A DNA stretch of 39,625 bases from a candidate division WOR-3 bacterium (GCA_039803205.1 JBDRYB010000017.1:1-39625), one strand, 5' to 3'. Shown: positions 1-10,175, counted from the first letter of the stretch. Numbers and translations: made by a program. Notes: generated by a model from the sequence alone, not told the origin.

Positions 1-2
1 AT

Positions 3-500
3 TACGCTCTATTCTTCTCCGTCCACGATGTATCAAACCCCCTGAATGTTAACACCCTGGGTTATTACCTGGGTGATACATGGAGATGGATCTGGTCCAT
101 TGATTGGTCAGGCGGAAGGGTGTTTTGTGCGGTTCCCACGCATTCCTATACACACAGGGGCGACCTCCTCATCCTCCACTATATCGGCGACACCCTTGAA
201 CCCCTACCGGAGTATCCCGATTCCGCGGAGAACCCGCCGGAGTTTGAGTTTGCCGTGGATCTCAAGGGGAACATAGGGAGCGATTTTAACCTGGTGATAA
301 CCCTCCCTGAGGAGGGCTGGGTCTCAGTGAAGGCCTACGATCCTTCTGGGAGGTTAGCCGAGAATGTGTTTGAAGGAACTCTCTGGAAGGGCAAAAACTC
401 CCTCTGTTTTGGCCTGAACAAAGCCGCATCCGGCATTTACTTTCTGAGAGTTTCCTATAAAGAGAAGCAAAGATTTTTCAAGATACTCAAAGGAGGATAG
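3..500 (+). CDS. 5'-partial LVIVD-repeat-like secreted protein with T9SS/FlgD-like C-terminal domain
   Basis: Frame is open from the window edge (YALFFSVHDVSNPLNVNTLGYY..., LVIVD-like DVSNP). The C-terminus has the CTD pattern VSVKAYDPSGRL...ASGIYFLRV...FFKILK. Confidence 0.75.
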   Translation, partial: YALFFSVHDVSNPLNVNTLGYYLGDTWRWIWSIDWSGGRVFCAVPTHSYTHRGDLLILHYIGDTLEPLPEYPDSAENPPEFEFAVDLKGNIGSDFNLVITLPEEGWVSVKAYDPSGRLAENVFEGTLWKGKNSLCFGLNKAASGIYFLRVSYKEKQRFFKILKGG

Positions 501-504
501 AACC

Positions 505-790
505 ATGATATCCCTGAGAGCCAGAATACCCTATGCCATGGCTACAAAAAGGGATGGTGAACCAGGCCGCCTCGAGCCGCTTCTAAACCTCTCCACCTCA
601 ACGAGGCGTAGTATGCTCAAGGTGAGAACAAGAAGCGGCAGACTGATGAGCGTATATGACCAGCCTCAGAGGCCCCTAAAGAGGCTCTTGCCATATCTCC
701 CTGAGGAGACAGCTAAGGAGCTCTTGGAGCTCAGACAACGCCTTAAACCCCTGGGCCCTTGGTTCGGTGATCTGGAATTTTGAAACACTA
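505..790 (+). pseudogene. Probable C-terminal remnant of a DDE/rve-type IS transposase
   Basis: KVRTRSGRLMSVYDQPQRPLKRLL...EETAKELLELRQRLKPL resembles the K-R-G...YDxPxTPxxRLL...L..LNP tail of rve-type transposases. No catalytic core present. Recognised from memory only. Confidence 0.45.
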
Positions 791-837
791 CGCCAAGGCC
801 TACTTCTGGTTTAAGTGCAAGGATTATAATTTTCAGT

Positions 838-1806
838 ATGCTCGTGGCGTTCCTTCTTTCAATATCAGGCCCGTCTCAACCCTTGTCTGGGCCTGGTGGG
901 AGTGATTACCCACACAAATCATATACCGTTAAGAAATTCGGGGAGGACGAGAAGGCGTTCTGGATATTCCTGCCATCCAGCCCAAAACCCGATACCGCTC
1001 CAGTGATACTATTTCTCCACGGGTGGCTTGAGGTCGACCCGGTTGGGTTCATAGCTTGGCTTGAGCACCTTGCCAGGCGCGGGAACGCGGTAATATACCC
1101 CAGGTATCAGAGGAGCCCATTGCATCCGAGGCCAGACATGTTCTCGGAGGCAACGGAGGCCACCAGAAAAGCTTTGGAGACAATGCCCTCCCTGGGTGTT
1201 ATCCCTGATACCTCAAGATTCGGGGTTGTGGGCCATTCAATCGGCGGGATGATGGCATTTGCCATAGCATCATATTGGGATTCCCTTGGCCTACCCAGGC
1301 CAAAGGCAGTGATGTCAGTTCAGGGAGGGGGGAAACCCTTGGCCGAGTTTGCGCCTGAGCGCATCCATCCGAACACCCTTCTGGTGGCTGTTGCTGGGGA
1401 TGATGATTTTATCGTGGGCGAGGGGCTTTCAAGGGATATGATCGCTAGGGCAGTTCAGGTTCCCGATTCAAACAAGGATTTTCTCGTTGTTGTATCGGAT
1501 GACCACGGGTTTCCGCCGCTTTTTGCCGATCACATATCCGCTCTGGCTGGCCCACCGGGAATGGGTTGTTGCGCGGCGACCCTGATAACGAGGTTCTACG
1601 GCAAGTCAAACGCGAACACGGACGCGCTTGATTGGTATGGATGGTGGAAGCTCTTTGATGGACTCACGGATGCGGCTTTCTACGGCAAGAACAAGCACTA
1701 CGCGCTCGGGGGAACCCCTGAGCAGTTATACATGGGAACCTGGAGCGATGGAATGCCTGTCAGGAGGATGAGGAGGCCGCTGTTTGAGGGGCCGGAACCT
1801 GAATAG
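838..1806 (+). CDS. Alpha/beta-fold hydrolase (chlorophyllase/lipase-like), probably exported
   Basis: PVILFLHGW, nucleophile elbow GHSIGG, later Asp (GDDD) and His (ADH). Short hydrophobic N-terminus. Confidence 0.85.
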   Translation: MLVAFLLSISGPSQPLSGPGGSDYPHKSYTVKKFGEDEKAFWIFLPSSPKPDTAPVILFLHGWLEVDPVGFIAWLEHLARRGNAVIYPRYQRSPLHPRPDMFSEATEATRKALETMPSLGVIPDTSRFGVVGHSIGGMMAFAIASYWDSLGLPRPKAVMSVQGGGKPLAEFAPERIHPNTLLVAVAGDDDFIVGEGLSRDMIARAVQVPDSNKDFLVVVSDDHGFPPLFADHISALAGPPGMGCCAATLITRFYGKSNANTDALDWYGWWKLFDGLTDAAFYGKNKHYALGGTPEQLYMGTWSDGMPVRRMRRPLFEGPEPE

Positions 1807-1819
1807 GCTCGTGGATTTA

Positions 1820-2647
1820 TCAAGATAACTCCTCAATTATCCTAAACATACGCGCCGGATCAACGAGGTTCCCAGTGCCAACCTGGACAGCCACAGCACC
1901 CGCTTTCAGATAACGCCGAACATCACTCGCGTTCCTTATGCCGCCTACGCCAATGACCGGAATGCTTACTTCCTTTGAGACCTCCCGAACCAGAAACAGG
2001 CTGAGGGGCATTATCGCGGGGCCAGATAGGCCTCCAACAAACTCTGATCCATCATCCCTTATCCACAAGCCCTTATAGGTATTCGCGACCACCAGCGCTT
2101 CAGCGCCCCCGCGCTCTGCGGCTTTGGCCTCTGATATCACATCCGTGAGAAACGGCGTCAGTTTAACCCAGAGATGCTTTTGGGTTCGCGTCCTGAGCTC
2201 TCGGACGAGCCCTTCCAAGGCCTCGTGGTTCCTCCCGAACTCTGTTCCTCCCTCAACATTCGGGCAAGAGACATTTACCTCAAGCGCGGAAACGCCCTCG
2301 GCAGAATCAAGAGCCTCCGCGAGCGCCAGGTAATCCGATGTGTGCTCGCCAGCGATGTTGACTACGATCGGAGGGCCCAAGCCCCTTATTTTCGGAAGAA
2401 TCTCCGAGAAAAAGCCCTCAAGACCAGGATTCTCAAGCCCCACGGAGTTCAGCATCCCGCAGGGGGTTTCTTGGGCCCGTGGGGGAGGGTTGCCCTGTCT
2501 CGGTCTCAGGGTCACGGCCTTGGTCACTATGGCACCCAGTTTGCTAATTGGCAAACGATCAGCGAGCTCGTAGCCGAAACCGAATGTCCCGGATGCTGGC
2601 ATTATTGGATTCTGTAGCTCCAGGCCCCCGATGCGGATCTCATGCAC
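1820..2647 (-). CDS. pyrD: Dihydroorotate dehydrogenase family 1B catalytic subunit
   Basis: NPIMPASGTFG, GNPPPR, GMLNSVGLENPG, NVSCPN, VKLTP, GGLSG, GVGGI motifs. GTG start at 2647 preferred (CATAAT 6 nt upstream); the ORF extends to 2683. Confidence 0.93.
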   Translation of the reverse strand: MHEIRIGGLELQNPIMPASGTFGFGYELADRLPISKLGAIVTKAVTLRPRQGNPPPRAQETPCGMLNSVGLENPGLEGFFSEILPKIRGLGPPIVVNIAGEHTSDYLALAEALDSAEGVSALEVNVSCPNVEGGTEFGRNHEALEGLVRELRTRTQKHLWVKLTPFLTDVISEAKAAERGGAEALVVANTYKGLWIRDDGSEFVGGLSGPAIMPLSLFLVREVSKEVSIPVIGVGGIRNASDVRRYLKAGAVAVQVGTGNLVDPARMFRIIEELS

Positions 2648-2683
2648 CTTCAGATTATGGAGGTCAAGACCCTTTTGCTTCAA

Positions 2684-3391
2684 TCACAAAAGCCCAGAGA
2701 AGATACCCCTTTCCTCTGAGATGAGAGCGCCCGCCTCCTTTTCTGAGGCAGAAGGGAGTTTCTCAGCGATCTCCCGGAAATGGGCAGACTCAGGCCTCCC
2801 CATCTCCTCAAGGAAATCCGCAAGTAACTTGTGGCCGATCGCTGGTTCGTGCGCCCACGCGAGTTTTTCATCTCCCCTGAGCATCCCAGAGGCCTTTATC
2901 CCCCTACCTGGTTTATCGGGGAAAAGAAACCTCCTGGCAATCTCTGAGAGAGCCTTCCTGCCCGCTATACCGAGAGGAGGGATGTGCTTTGTCTTTTTGT
3001 ATGTGTATAGATAAGCCTTAAAAGGCCCTTCACCCTGAAAGATCCCTTCTTCAATATCTTCCCAGGGGATGATGCTCTCCCCGGATGCGGCGCCTGCGCC
3101 CTCAATTCCCGTGAGCGCGATCATTTCCCCCTTGAACCTCACGGCCACGGGTGTTTCTCGGCCCAGATGCTCTTTCAGGTATTGCAGGGCCTTCTCACGG
3201 GAGACCGTTCCAAACTCCTCGCAGATTATTCCCAGGGTTCTGGCTGTGTTCATTATGATCAGGTGTTCTGGCAGGCAATCAGAAAGCCTCCCGTTTTCGT
3301 ATGAGACAGCAAAGCCAAGCCCAAGCCCAAAAACAGCGGCATCTGAAGCATCCAGGCCCGTCCAGCTCAGAAGTCTTCTTGCGGCTTTCAT
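2684..3391 (-). CDS. Hypothetical protein, BtrH N-terminal/C39-like fold (apparently lacking catalytic Cys)
   Basis: RRLLSWTGLDASDAAVFGLGLGFAVSY resembles BtrH_N. ATGA overlap with the herA stop. Confidence 0.5.
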   Translation of the reverse strand: MKAARRLLSWTGLDASDAAVFGLGLGFAVSYENGRLSDCLPEHLIIMNTARTLGIICEEFGTVSREKALQYLKEHLGRETPVAVRFKGEMIALTGIEGAGAASGESIIPWEDIEEGIFQGEGPFKAYLYTYKKTKHIPPLGIAGRKALSEIARRFLFPDKPGRGIKASGMLRGDEKLAWAHEPAIGHKLLADFLEEMGRPESAHFREIAEKLPSASEKEAGALISEERGIFSGLL

Positions 3392-4929
3392 CCGTATAGG
3401 TCTTGCGCTTCCTCAGGGCTCATCCTTTTCTCTGGCTCTTTCCAGGAAGCGGTGACGGGGATGTCCCTTCCGGTTGGCTTGTTCTTTGCCTCTGCTATCT
3501 TTACTAGCAGTGGAACGCGAAACGCTGGCCCTGTGCACACCGCCTCACCGGGGTTCAGGGATGGCAGGTATTGAACCAGATCAGCGGAGAGGTTTTCTGA
3601 TGCCTCAGCTATGTGGCGCTGATCAGATGGTTCAACTATGCGCAGCACGATCATGTTGTTCATCTGGGAGAGAACATCAGGGTCAAGGCGTTTTGGTCTC
3701 TGGGACACGAGACAAAGCCCAAGCCCGAACTTTCGCCCTTCACGGGCTATCCGGGATGCTATGGTTTTCGTTCTGGTTGATTCCTTGTCCGGGCAGAAAA
3801 GGTGAGCCTCCTCTAGGACAACGAAAGCCGGCCTGGGGAGGTGGGATGGCTGGCCGGCCGCGGCCTTTTTTCTCTCGTAGAGTATGTGCCGCAGGAGGTG
3901 AGCCGCAACTATCTCTCCCGCATCCTCCCCTATGCCGGAGAGGTTCACCGCGTTTATCTTCCCTTCCCTTATCCTCTCAATCAAAGGACGGGCCTTCGCG
4001 CTGAAAAGGTCCCCGAGGTTATTCTTCAGGTTCTCTATACGGATGAGAAGCCCGGCAACCGAATCCTGTTTCCGGGAGATCCCCCTCAAAAGGCCATCCT
4101 GTTCCTGGATGGCGAATGATTCAATCTTCTCAGAAAGGGCCTGGAAGAAATCGGTTCCCCCGATAACTCTCCAGTCAAAATCATCTTCGCCAGTTATGTT
4201 GCTCTTTTTCATCTCCTCATCCATTTCCTTTTTGGCAGTCTGCAGGAGATAATACTGGATGCTTGACCTCTCCATATCAACGCCAAGCAGGCCGGCCAGC
4301 TCATCAACCGTGAGCCTGAATGGGTTTATGAAGGGCCTTATATCTTCCCCCATTGTCCCGTATTCCCCGTGTGGATCAAAAACAATAGCGGTTCCGCCCC
4401 TCCTGACCATCTCCTGGAGTATAACGCCCACAGCGTTGGATTTCCCGCCTCCTGTCACAGCGAGAACAGCCAGGTGCCTCAGGACTATCTGGTCTATGTT
4501 CATGTAAACAGGCGCATCGGAGCCAAGTAGGGTTCCTATCCTGGCCCAGTCCGCTTCATCCTCTGCCCCCAAGACCTCCCTGAGCCCCTCTTCGTCAGCC
4601 TCAGAGACCTCCGCTCCTGGCAACGGAGGGGATTTGGGGAAGCTCAGCCTCCCCTCTTCCACCTGGCCAACTATGCTCAGCTCCGTCCTGTAGAAGGAAT
4701 CCCATTTTTCCAGCTCCATTATCCGTATGGCGTGCTCAGGGTCAGTGAGTCCCTCCTCAAGGAATGGGTTCGCTCGCCAAACCCTCTGGACCAGAGCAAG
4801 GAATCTCTGGGTTTTGCCGTGTTCCTCGTAGCTCACGAAAACATATTGTCCGACCCTCGTAGGCTGTTTTGAGACCATTGTTGCGGAAAGGGGCTTTGTT
4901 TCTCCAACCAGAACGCCTATCCTGCTCAC
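3388..4929 (-). CDS. herA: HerA-family ATPase/DNA translocase (HAS barrel + DUF87)
   Basis: N-terminal HAS barrel (IGVLVGE...VGQYV...PPLPGAEV), RHLAVLAVTGGGKSN Walker A, FDPHGEY, VLEEAH Walker B, IAREGRKFG, VSQRP. Confidence 0.9.
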   Translation of the reverse strand: MSRIGVLVGETKPLSATMVSKQPTRVGQYVFVSYEEHGKTQRFLALVQRVWRANPFLEEGLTDPEHAIRIMELEKWDSFYRTELSIVGQVEEGRLSFPKSPPLPGAEVSEADEEGLREVLGAEDEADWARIGTLLGSDAPVYMNIDQIVLRHLAVLAVTGGGKSNAVGVILQEMVRRGGTAIVFDPHGEYGTMGEDIRPFINPFRLTVDELAGLLGVDMERSSIQYYLLQTAKKEMDEEMKKSNITGEDDFDWRVIGGTDFFQALSEKIESFAIQEQDGLLRGISRKQDSVAGLLIRIENLKNNLGDLFSAKARPLIERIREGKINAVNLSGIGEDAGEIVAAHLLRHILYERKKAAAGQPSHLPRPAFVVLEEAHLFCPDKESTRTKTIASRIAREGRKFGLGLCLVSQRPKRLDPDVLSQMNNMIVLRIVEPSDQRHIAEASENLSADLVQYLPSLNPGEAVCTGPAFRVPLLVKIAEAKNKPTGRDIPVTASWKEPEKRMSPEEAQDLYG

Positions 4930-4962
4930 GCTCAGATTATAAAGGTTGGGGATTAAAGCATG

Positions 4963-5586
4963 CTACTCCTTGAGAAAAATATAGTATCCTATGCTTCCGG
5001 CGAGCAATGCCCCGCCTATGGCAAGGATGCTCACCCATCTCGCCCTTCCCTCTGAGCCTCTGTCTGGTTTTATTGCTCCGTCATAGCATAGGGTGAGATC
5101 GAGACCTCCACCAAAGCAAGGGGAGAGATCCCCCCTCTGATTTTCAATGAAGCACGCATCCAGGGCAAAAGGCCAGAGTATTGGCGCGTGGAGGCCCATG
5201 GCCAAAAGCATGTTGGGCGGCTTATCCCCTGCCAAAAAGAAGGGGGTCGCGCTGATGTAGAACCTGGTCTTGTTGAGCGTCAACCAACCCAGATCCCACT
5301 CCGGCAGGGGGGCATAGAAGAGCTCGCATGGCAGTGCATAGATGTAGTAATCCCCGTGGGGGAGGTCGCTTATGGACGCGCCGGCTACCCCAAAACCGAC
5401 CTTTGTCTTCTTGTCCATGACCCAGAACGAGGGGCCTTTGGCATAATAAGCGTAAGAGGAGACCGTATCCGGCGATGAAGGGTCAATTCCTGCGAAACCT
5501 TGCGCCACGCCCATACCCGTGAGATACTGCCCTTCCTGTATGGTGACGCAACCAGCCAGAGCTAGCGGAACGAGAATCTTCCTCAT
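4963..5586 (-). CDS. Hypothetical lipoprotein with C-terminal transmembrane helix
   Basis: MRKILVPLALAGC lipobox and hydrophobic C-terminus WVSILAIGGALLAGSIGYYIF. Confidence 0.6.
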   Translation of the reverse strand: MRKILVPLALAGCVTIQEGQYLTGMGVAQGFAGIDPSSPDTVSSYAYYAKGPSFWVMDKKTKVGFGVAGASISDLPHGDYYIYALPCELFYAPLPEWDLGWLTLNKTRFYISATPFFLAGDKPPNMLLAMGLHAPILWPFALDACFIENQRGDLSPCFGGGLDLTLCYDGAIKPDRGSEGRARWVSILAIGGALLAGSIGYYIFLKE

Positions 5587-5678
5587 GCTGAAATTTTAAC
5601 TCTGATGTCTTGCTGGGTGCAAAGCGTAAGCCCACTAGGATAAGGTCTGTGATTCGGCCGACTTCTGATTATCGTTGT

Positions 5679-7181
5679 TCACCAGAGCAACTTAAATGGT
5701 TTCCTCTTGCCCCCTGCCGTGACCAAAATCACATATAAACCGTGGTCTTTCAGGCCCGGATTGAAGACATGAGTCCCTTCGGATAGCGGGCCATCATAGA
5801 GAACCCGGACCAGCCTCCCCGTTGCATCGTAGAGGGAGATAGAAAGCCAACAGCTGTTAGGGAGATAGATCTGGATGGCTTGCCCTGTTATTTTTAATGT
5901 GAAATCAGGCGAGGCCTCGTCCTCCCTGGTTCCAGTGAACCCACAATCAGACGCGCCCTGTGGGTCATCAATCGCGAATATCCTGTATCCCTGGGGATCA
6001 GGGTCCCATGTCCCAGCTACTACCTCGCCGCACCCGTCTCCGTCAATGTCCCCGGCAAATGGGGAGTGAACCGCGTATCCGAGCTTGATGCTCCAGAGAA
6101 GGGTGCCGTTCGTTGCCCTTATGCACCTCAGAAGGCTGTCCTCCGAGGATGAGACCAGAAAGTCAAAGAATCCATCTTCGTCAGCGTCAAATATGGCTCC
6201 TGGAGTTCTCAACCTCTGGCCAGCGTTGTAGGCCCATATCTGTGTCCCAGTGGAGCCGCTGATGCAGTAGACATTTCCGTCCCAGCTCCCTATTATTACC
6301 TCACGGGTTCCATCCCCATTAACATCACCAACAACAGGCGAGCTCCTGACATCATCTCCGGTCGTGAAAGACCACCTGAGAAAGCCACCATCCGCATCAA
6401 AGCAATACACGAGGTTGTCGTCAGACCCTATGAGAACCTCAAGCTTGCCATCTCCGTCAAGGTCAGAGATCGCGGGCGAGCTCCTGATCTTATCCCCCGT
6501 GGAGTATGACCACCTTAGAGCGCCCTCGGCTGAGAGCGAATAGGCCTTTCCGTCAAAGGAACCGAAGAATACTTCAAGTTTTCCGTCTCCGTTGCAGTCA
6601 GCCAGCGCGGGGGATGACCAAACCCATCCTCCTGTTGGAAATGCCCAGACGAGGCCCCCGTTTGAACCCCTGAGGCAATACATCTTCCCGGCGTCCGAGC
6701 CCACAACGACCTCGTTTTTGCCATCGCCGTCAAGGTCAGCAATAGCAGGGGAGGATGTCGTTATGTTCCCGGTTGAAAACGACCACCTGAGCGAACCATC
6801 GGAGCCGCGGAGGCAATATACCTTGCTGTCCCAGCTTCCGAAGACAACCTCTGGCTTGCCATCGCCGTCGCAATCCCCCACAGCAGGAGATGCTTCAACC
6901 GAGTATCCTGTCGTAAACGACCACTTGAGGGAGCCATCTGAGCCCCTGAGGCAATAGAGCTTGTTGTCATCAGAACCCATTATAACCTCTGGTTTGCCAT
7001 CGCCGTCGCAATCAGCAATAGCTGAAAACTGGCTCTCAGTCCAATCTCCGGGCGCAAACCGCCATTTGATCGTTGGGTTGGTTATAGCTCCTCGGATCGT
7101 CTGAAGGCCCGTGTGCCTCAGATCCCCTCCCCACATGGGCCACGGCCCTATCACCTGAGATAATACAATGATCACTGACAT
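5679..7181 (-). CDS. FG-GAP/PQQ-repeat beta-propeller protein with CTD
   Basis: About 8 repeats of SSPAxxDxDGDGKxEVxxGSxDxKxYCL...LxWSF; CTD LYDATGRLV...GLYVILV. Start reassigned to ATG 7181, overlapping the upstream stop. Confidence 0.88.
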   Translation of the reverse strand: MSVIIVLSQVIGPWPMWGGDLRHTGLQTIRGAITNPTIKWRFAPGDWTESQFSAIADCDGDGKPEVIMGSDDNKLYCLRGSDGSLKWSFTTGYSVEASPAVGDCDGDGKPEVVFGSWDSKVYCLRGSDGSLRWSFSTGNITTSSPAIADLDGDGKNEVVVGSDAGKMYCLRGSNGGLVWAFPTGGWVWSSPALADCNGDGKLEVFFGSFDGKAYSLSAEGALRWSYSTGDKIRSSPAISDLDGDGKLEVLIGSDDNLVYCFDADGGFLRWSFTTGDDVRSSPVVGDVNGDGTREVIIGSWDGNVYCISGSTGTQIWAYNAGQRLRTPGAIFDADEDGFFDFLVSSSEDSLLRCIRATNGTLLWSIKLGYAVHSPFAGDIDGDGCGEVVAGTWDPDPQGYRIFAIDDPQGASDCGFTGTREDEASPDFTLKITGQAIQIYLPNSCWLSISLYDATGRLVRVLYDGPLSEGTHVFNPGLKDHGLYVILVTAGGKRKPFKLLW

Positions 7182-8665
7182 ACAGGGGCTTTCCCCTTTT
7201 CCCTCCCAGCGGCCCAGAAATAGACCCCTGGCCTCACTCCTATCCTTGCTCCCTCTTGAGATACTATACCTGACCAAACCAAGGAGCCATCAGAGGAGAA
7301 GACCTTTCCCGATACAGGGCAATCAGAGTAGAGGATGAGGAGACCGGGTTCCAAACGCGTTCTTATTCCGCGCGTGGATGATGGGCCTTCCTCCACTTGC
7401 GTTGGGACGCAGGCATCGGAGACGCTTAGGGATGGATTAGCCTGGGAAAGGGACCTGCTCACGCTTGAGACCGACCAAGTTGCGAACCCAGAGGCATCAA
7501 AAGAGCTGGGCGATACCTGGACGAGGGAGGGCGAGCGCGCCACAAGGCATCCGGGAAGATTCCCCTGTTGATCCATAGTCAAGAGCAAGAAGTCTGTGTT
7601 CCCGGCGCCATAGCTCCATGTGGTCCCGGCCCCTGCCAGGCCACCGCTCGCTTCAATCACATCGTATAGGTATTCGTAGTTTGAGCCCCCGAAGGTCCTT
7701 GACCAGAGGACGCCGAGGGTAGGGTCCACCTTTGCTAGCCAAGCCTCGCCCCCAGAACCCCAGCTGGTAGTGTAACCTGATATAAGGAAGGCCCCATCGC
7801 TAGTCTGGATTACCGTCCTCGCCTCGTCCCACCCAGAACCTCCGATAACCCTTGTCCAGCTTAATGAGCCTCCTGATGTTAGCTTTATCAGTATCGCGTC
7901 CGCTCCCCCTGCCCCCCAGCTCCCCGTGTATCCAGCCACAGCCAATCCGCCATCGCTGGTTGGGATAACAGAATAGGCGTAATCGTAGCTTGTGCCTCCT
8001 ATTGATTTTGCCCACAGCAAGTTCCCTACGGCGTCAGTCTTCATGACGAGGATGTCATCGCTCCCTCCAGACCTGTATATGTATCCAGCTAGAACAATGC
8101 CGTTGTCCGAGGCCTCGCAAACCGAATACCCGTAATCATAGGTTGTGGTCCCTATTGTCTTTGCCCAGAGGATATCCCCTGATGAGTTGAGCTTCACCAA
8201 GAAAGCATCCTCCTCTCCGGCGCCCGAGCTCCTCGTTGCACCAACAACCGCGAACCCCCCATCGGATGTCCTTGCGATCGCGTATGCCTCGTCAAGCGCT
8301 GAGCCGCCAAAAGTCTTTGCCCAGCTCAGGTTCCCGGAGCTATTGACGCACATCACTATGGCATCGCCGTTCGCATCGCCGAAGCTCCTCGTGTGGCCTG
8401 AAATAACATAGTCTCCAGTGGGCAGTTGGATCATTGAGCATCCCTCATCCCTGCCGTAGCCGCCGAAGGCCCTCGCCCACGAGAGAGAACCGCTAGAGTT
8501 CACCTTGATGAGCATTATGTCGTTGTCACCAAACCCGTATGATGCCGTGTAGCCGCAGAGGGCATAGGCGCCATCGCTTGTCCTCAGTAATGAGTATGCC
8601 CTCTCGTGGTTTCCTCCTCCATATGTCTTTGAGAAAAGCTGAGATATGAGAAGTATTTCAATCAT
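7172..8665 (-). CDS. Beta-propeller repeat secreted protein (WAKTFGG...TSDGG repeats) with Ser/Thr linker and short CTD
   Basis: About 7 repeats of ~50 aa (LxWAxxxGGxxxDxAxxxxxTSDGGxxxxGxTxSxGAG); C-terminal FSSDGSLV...PGVYFW. SD GAGGTGA. Confidence 0.85.
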   Translation of the reverse strand: MIEILLISQLFSKTYGGGNHERAYSLLRTSDGAYALCGYTASYGFGDNDIMLIKVNSSGSLSWARAFGGYGRDEGCSMIQLPTGDYVISGHTRSFGDANGDAIVMCVNSSGNLSWAKTFGGSALDEAYAIARTSDGGFAVVGATRSSGAGEEDAFLVKLNSSGDILWAKTIGTTTYDYGYSVCEASDNGIVLAGYIYRSGGSDDILVMKTDAVGNLLWAKSIGGTSYDYAYSVIPTSDGGLAVAGYTGSWGAGGADAILIKLTSGGSLSWTRVIGGSGWDEARTVIQTSDGAFLISGYTTSWGSGGEAWLAKVDPTLGVLWSRTFGGSNYEYLYDVIEASGGLAGAGTTWSYGAGNTDFLLLTMDQQGNLPGCLVARSPSLVQVSPSSFDASGFATWSVSSVSRSLSQANPSLSVSDACVPTQVEEGPSSTRGIRTRLEPGLLILYSDCPVSGKVFSSDGSLVWSGIVSQEGARIGVRPGVYFWAAGREKGKAPVCQ

Positions 8666-8669
8666 GCTC

Positions 8670-10163
8670 TCACCTCAGTATGGCCCTACCAACCCAAGGG
8701 CCTGCTTTCCAGATATAGACGCCTGGGGCCAGCTGAACATCGTTCTCGCCGTGCCTTATCCTCTTAGAGAAAGCGAGAGAGCCATCAACAGAGTAGACCC
8801 TCAGCTCCGCCTCCCTATCCGAGATGAAAATGAGCTTCTTGGCTCCGGATACGCAGATTATCCCTTGGGGCCTCGTTTGCTCTTCTGAGGCCTCAACAGG
8901 GACGCAGGCATCGGTCGGCGTCCAGTTTGGATTCGTTGTTGTCAAGGAGACGGCTGAGTTGGTTGGCGTCCAGGTTATCCCGCCCGTTTGGCTCGCGGAG
9001 CTCATGGTCGGGCTTATCGTGGAGGGAGACCAGCTCTGAACGCATGCCGGATAGTTCCCGTTCAGGTCCGTCTTGAGGATGAGTATGTCTCCTCCGCCAG
9101 GCCCTATGCCGTATGTCCAGCCTGTCATCCCTATTCCATCTGTTCCGAGTGCAATGTGATAGCCATCATCCGCGCTGGTTGTTCCCCATGTTCTCGCCCA
9201 CTGAAGCGTCCCGGCCGAGTTTATCTTCATGAAACCGTAATCAAATCCCCCCGCGCCGGATGCCCTGGTCTCCCCTCCGAGGAGAAATCCGCCGTCGCCT
9301 GATGAGACCATGTCATAGCAATAGGTTGTGTTGCCTCCTCCGTAAGCCCTTCCCCAGCCAAGGCTTCCGGTTCCGCTCATCTTGAAGAACCAAAACATAT
9401 AGTATCCCGTGCCGGAGTTCAGGGTGAAGCCGCCTATGGCCAGGCTGTCCCCGGCAACAGGAATAACCTCGCAGGCCCTCTCGGGCATGGTCCCGGCGCT
9501 TATCCTCCTTGCCCAGCTGAATGTTCCTGTGGATGTGTATTTAACCGCCAGAGCGTCCCAATCCGTCCCAGAAACCTCCGTCTCTCCAACAACCGCGTAG
9601 CCCCCGTCCGGCGTCTGAGCAACCCCAAAGGAGGTCTCGTCATAGATGCTCCCGAAAACCCTTCCCCAGCTCAGGGCCCCGTTTGTGCCCAGCTTGAGAA
9701 GCAGGAAATCGCTCTCGCCTGAGCCAATACTTGATGTGTATCCGCAGACAGCGTATCCGTCCGAGACCTGTATGATGTCGTATAGCATCTCGTAGCTTGA
9801 GCCCCCGAAAACCCTCGCCCAAGCCACTGAGCCATCGGAATTGAGCTTGAAGACGAGGGCATCGTAGCTCCCAGCGCCCCAACTGCCAGTTCCTCCGGCC
9901 ACAGCGTATCCTCCGTCTGTCGTGGTTATTATGGCGCCCGGAGCCTCCCATCCTGGTCCTCCGTATGTCCTTATCCACTGAGCGGTCCCTGTGGGGCTCA
10001 TCTTTATAACCACTATGTCATAGTCTCCTGCTCCCACGCCGTATGTCTGGCCAGCGACTATGAAGCCGCCATCGGATGTTGGGGCAATCGTGAGCCCGGC
10101 CTCGTAGTTTGATGAACCAAAAGCCCTCGCGTAGAGGGCCGACAGCAAGCTAAAGATCATCAT
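8670..10163 (-). CDS. Beta-propeller repeat secreted protein, paralog of 7172..8665
   Basis: Same repeats, same length (497 aa), shared DACVP motif, YSVDGSL...PGVYIW CTD. SD GAGGTG. Confidence 0.85.
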   Translation of the reverse strand: MMIFSLLSALYARAFGSSNYEAGLTIAPTSDGGFIVAGQTYGVGAGDYDIVVIKMSPTGTAQWIRTYGGPGWEAPGAIITTTDGGYAVAGGTGSWGAGSYDALVFKLNSDGSVAWARVFGGSSYEMLYDIIQVSDGYAVCGYTSSIGSGESDFLLLKLGTNGALSWGRVFGSIYDETSFGVAQTPDGGYAVVGETEVSGTDWDALAVKYTSTGTFSWARRISAGTMPERACEVIPVAGDSLAIGGFTLNSGTGYYMFWFFKMSGTGSLGWGRAYGGGNTTYCYDMVSSGDGGFLLGGETRASGAGGFDYGFMKINSAGTLQWARTWGTTSADDGYHIALGTDGIGMTGWTYGIGPGGGDILILKTDLNGNYPACVQSWSPSTISPTMSSASQTGGITWTPTNSAVSLTTTNPNWTPTDACVPVEASEEQTRPQGIICVSGAKKLIFISDREAELRVYSVDGSLAFSKRIRHGENDVQLAPGVYIWKAGPWVGRAILR

Positions 10164-10175
10164 GATACACCTCTT

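Noticed and set aside
5900..10100. DGR template/variable repeats or nucleotide-level tandem repeats
   Set aside because: Repeats are degenerate protein-level propeller blades; no reverse transcriptase and no adenine-specific variation noticed.
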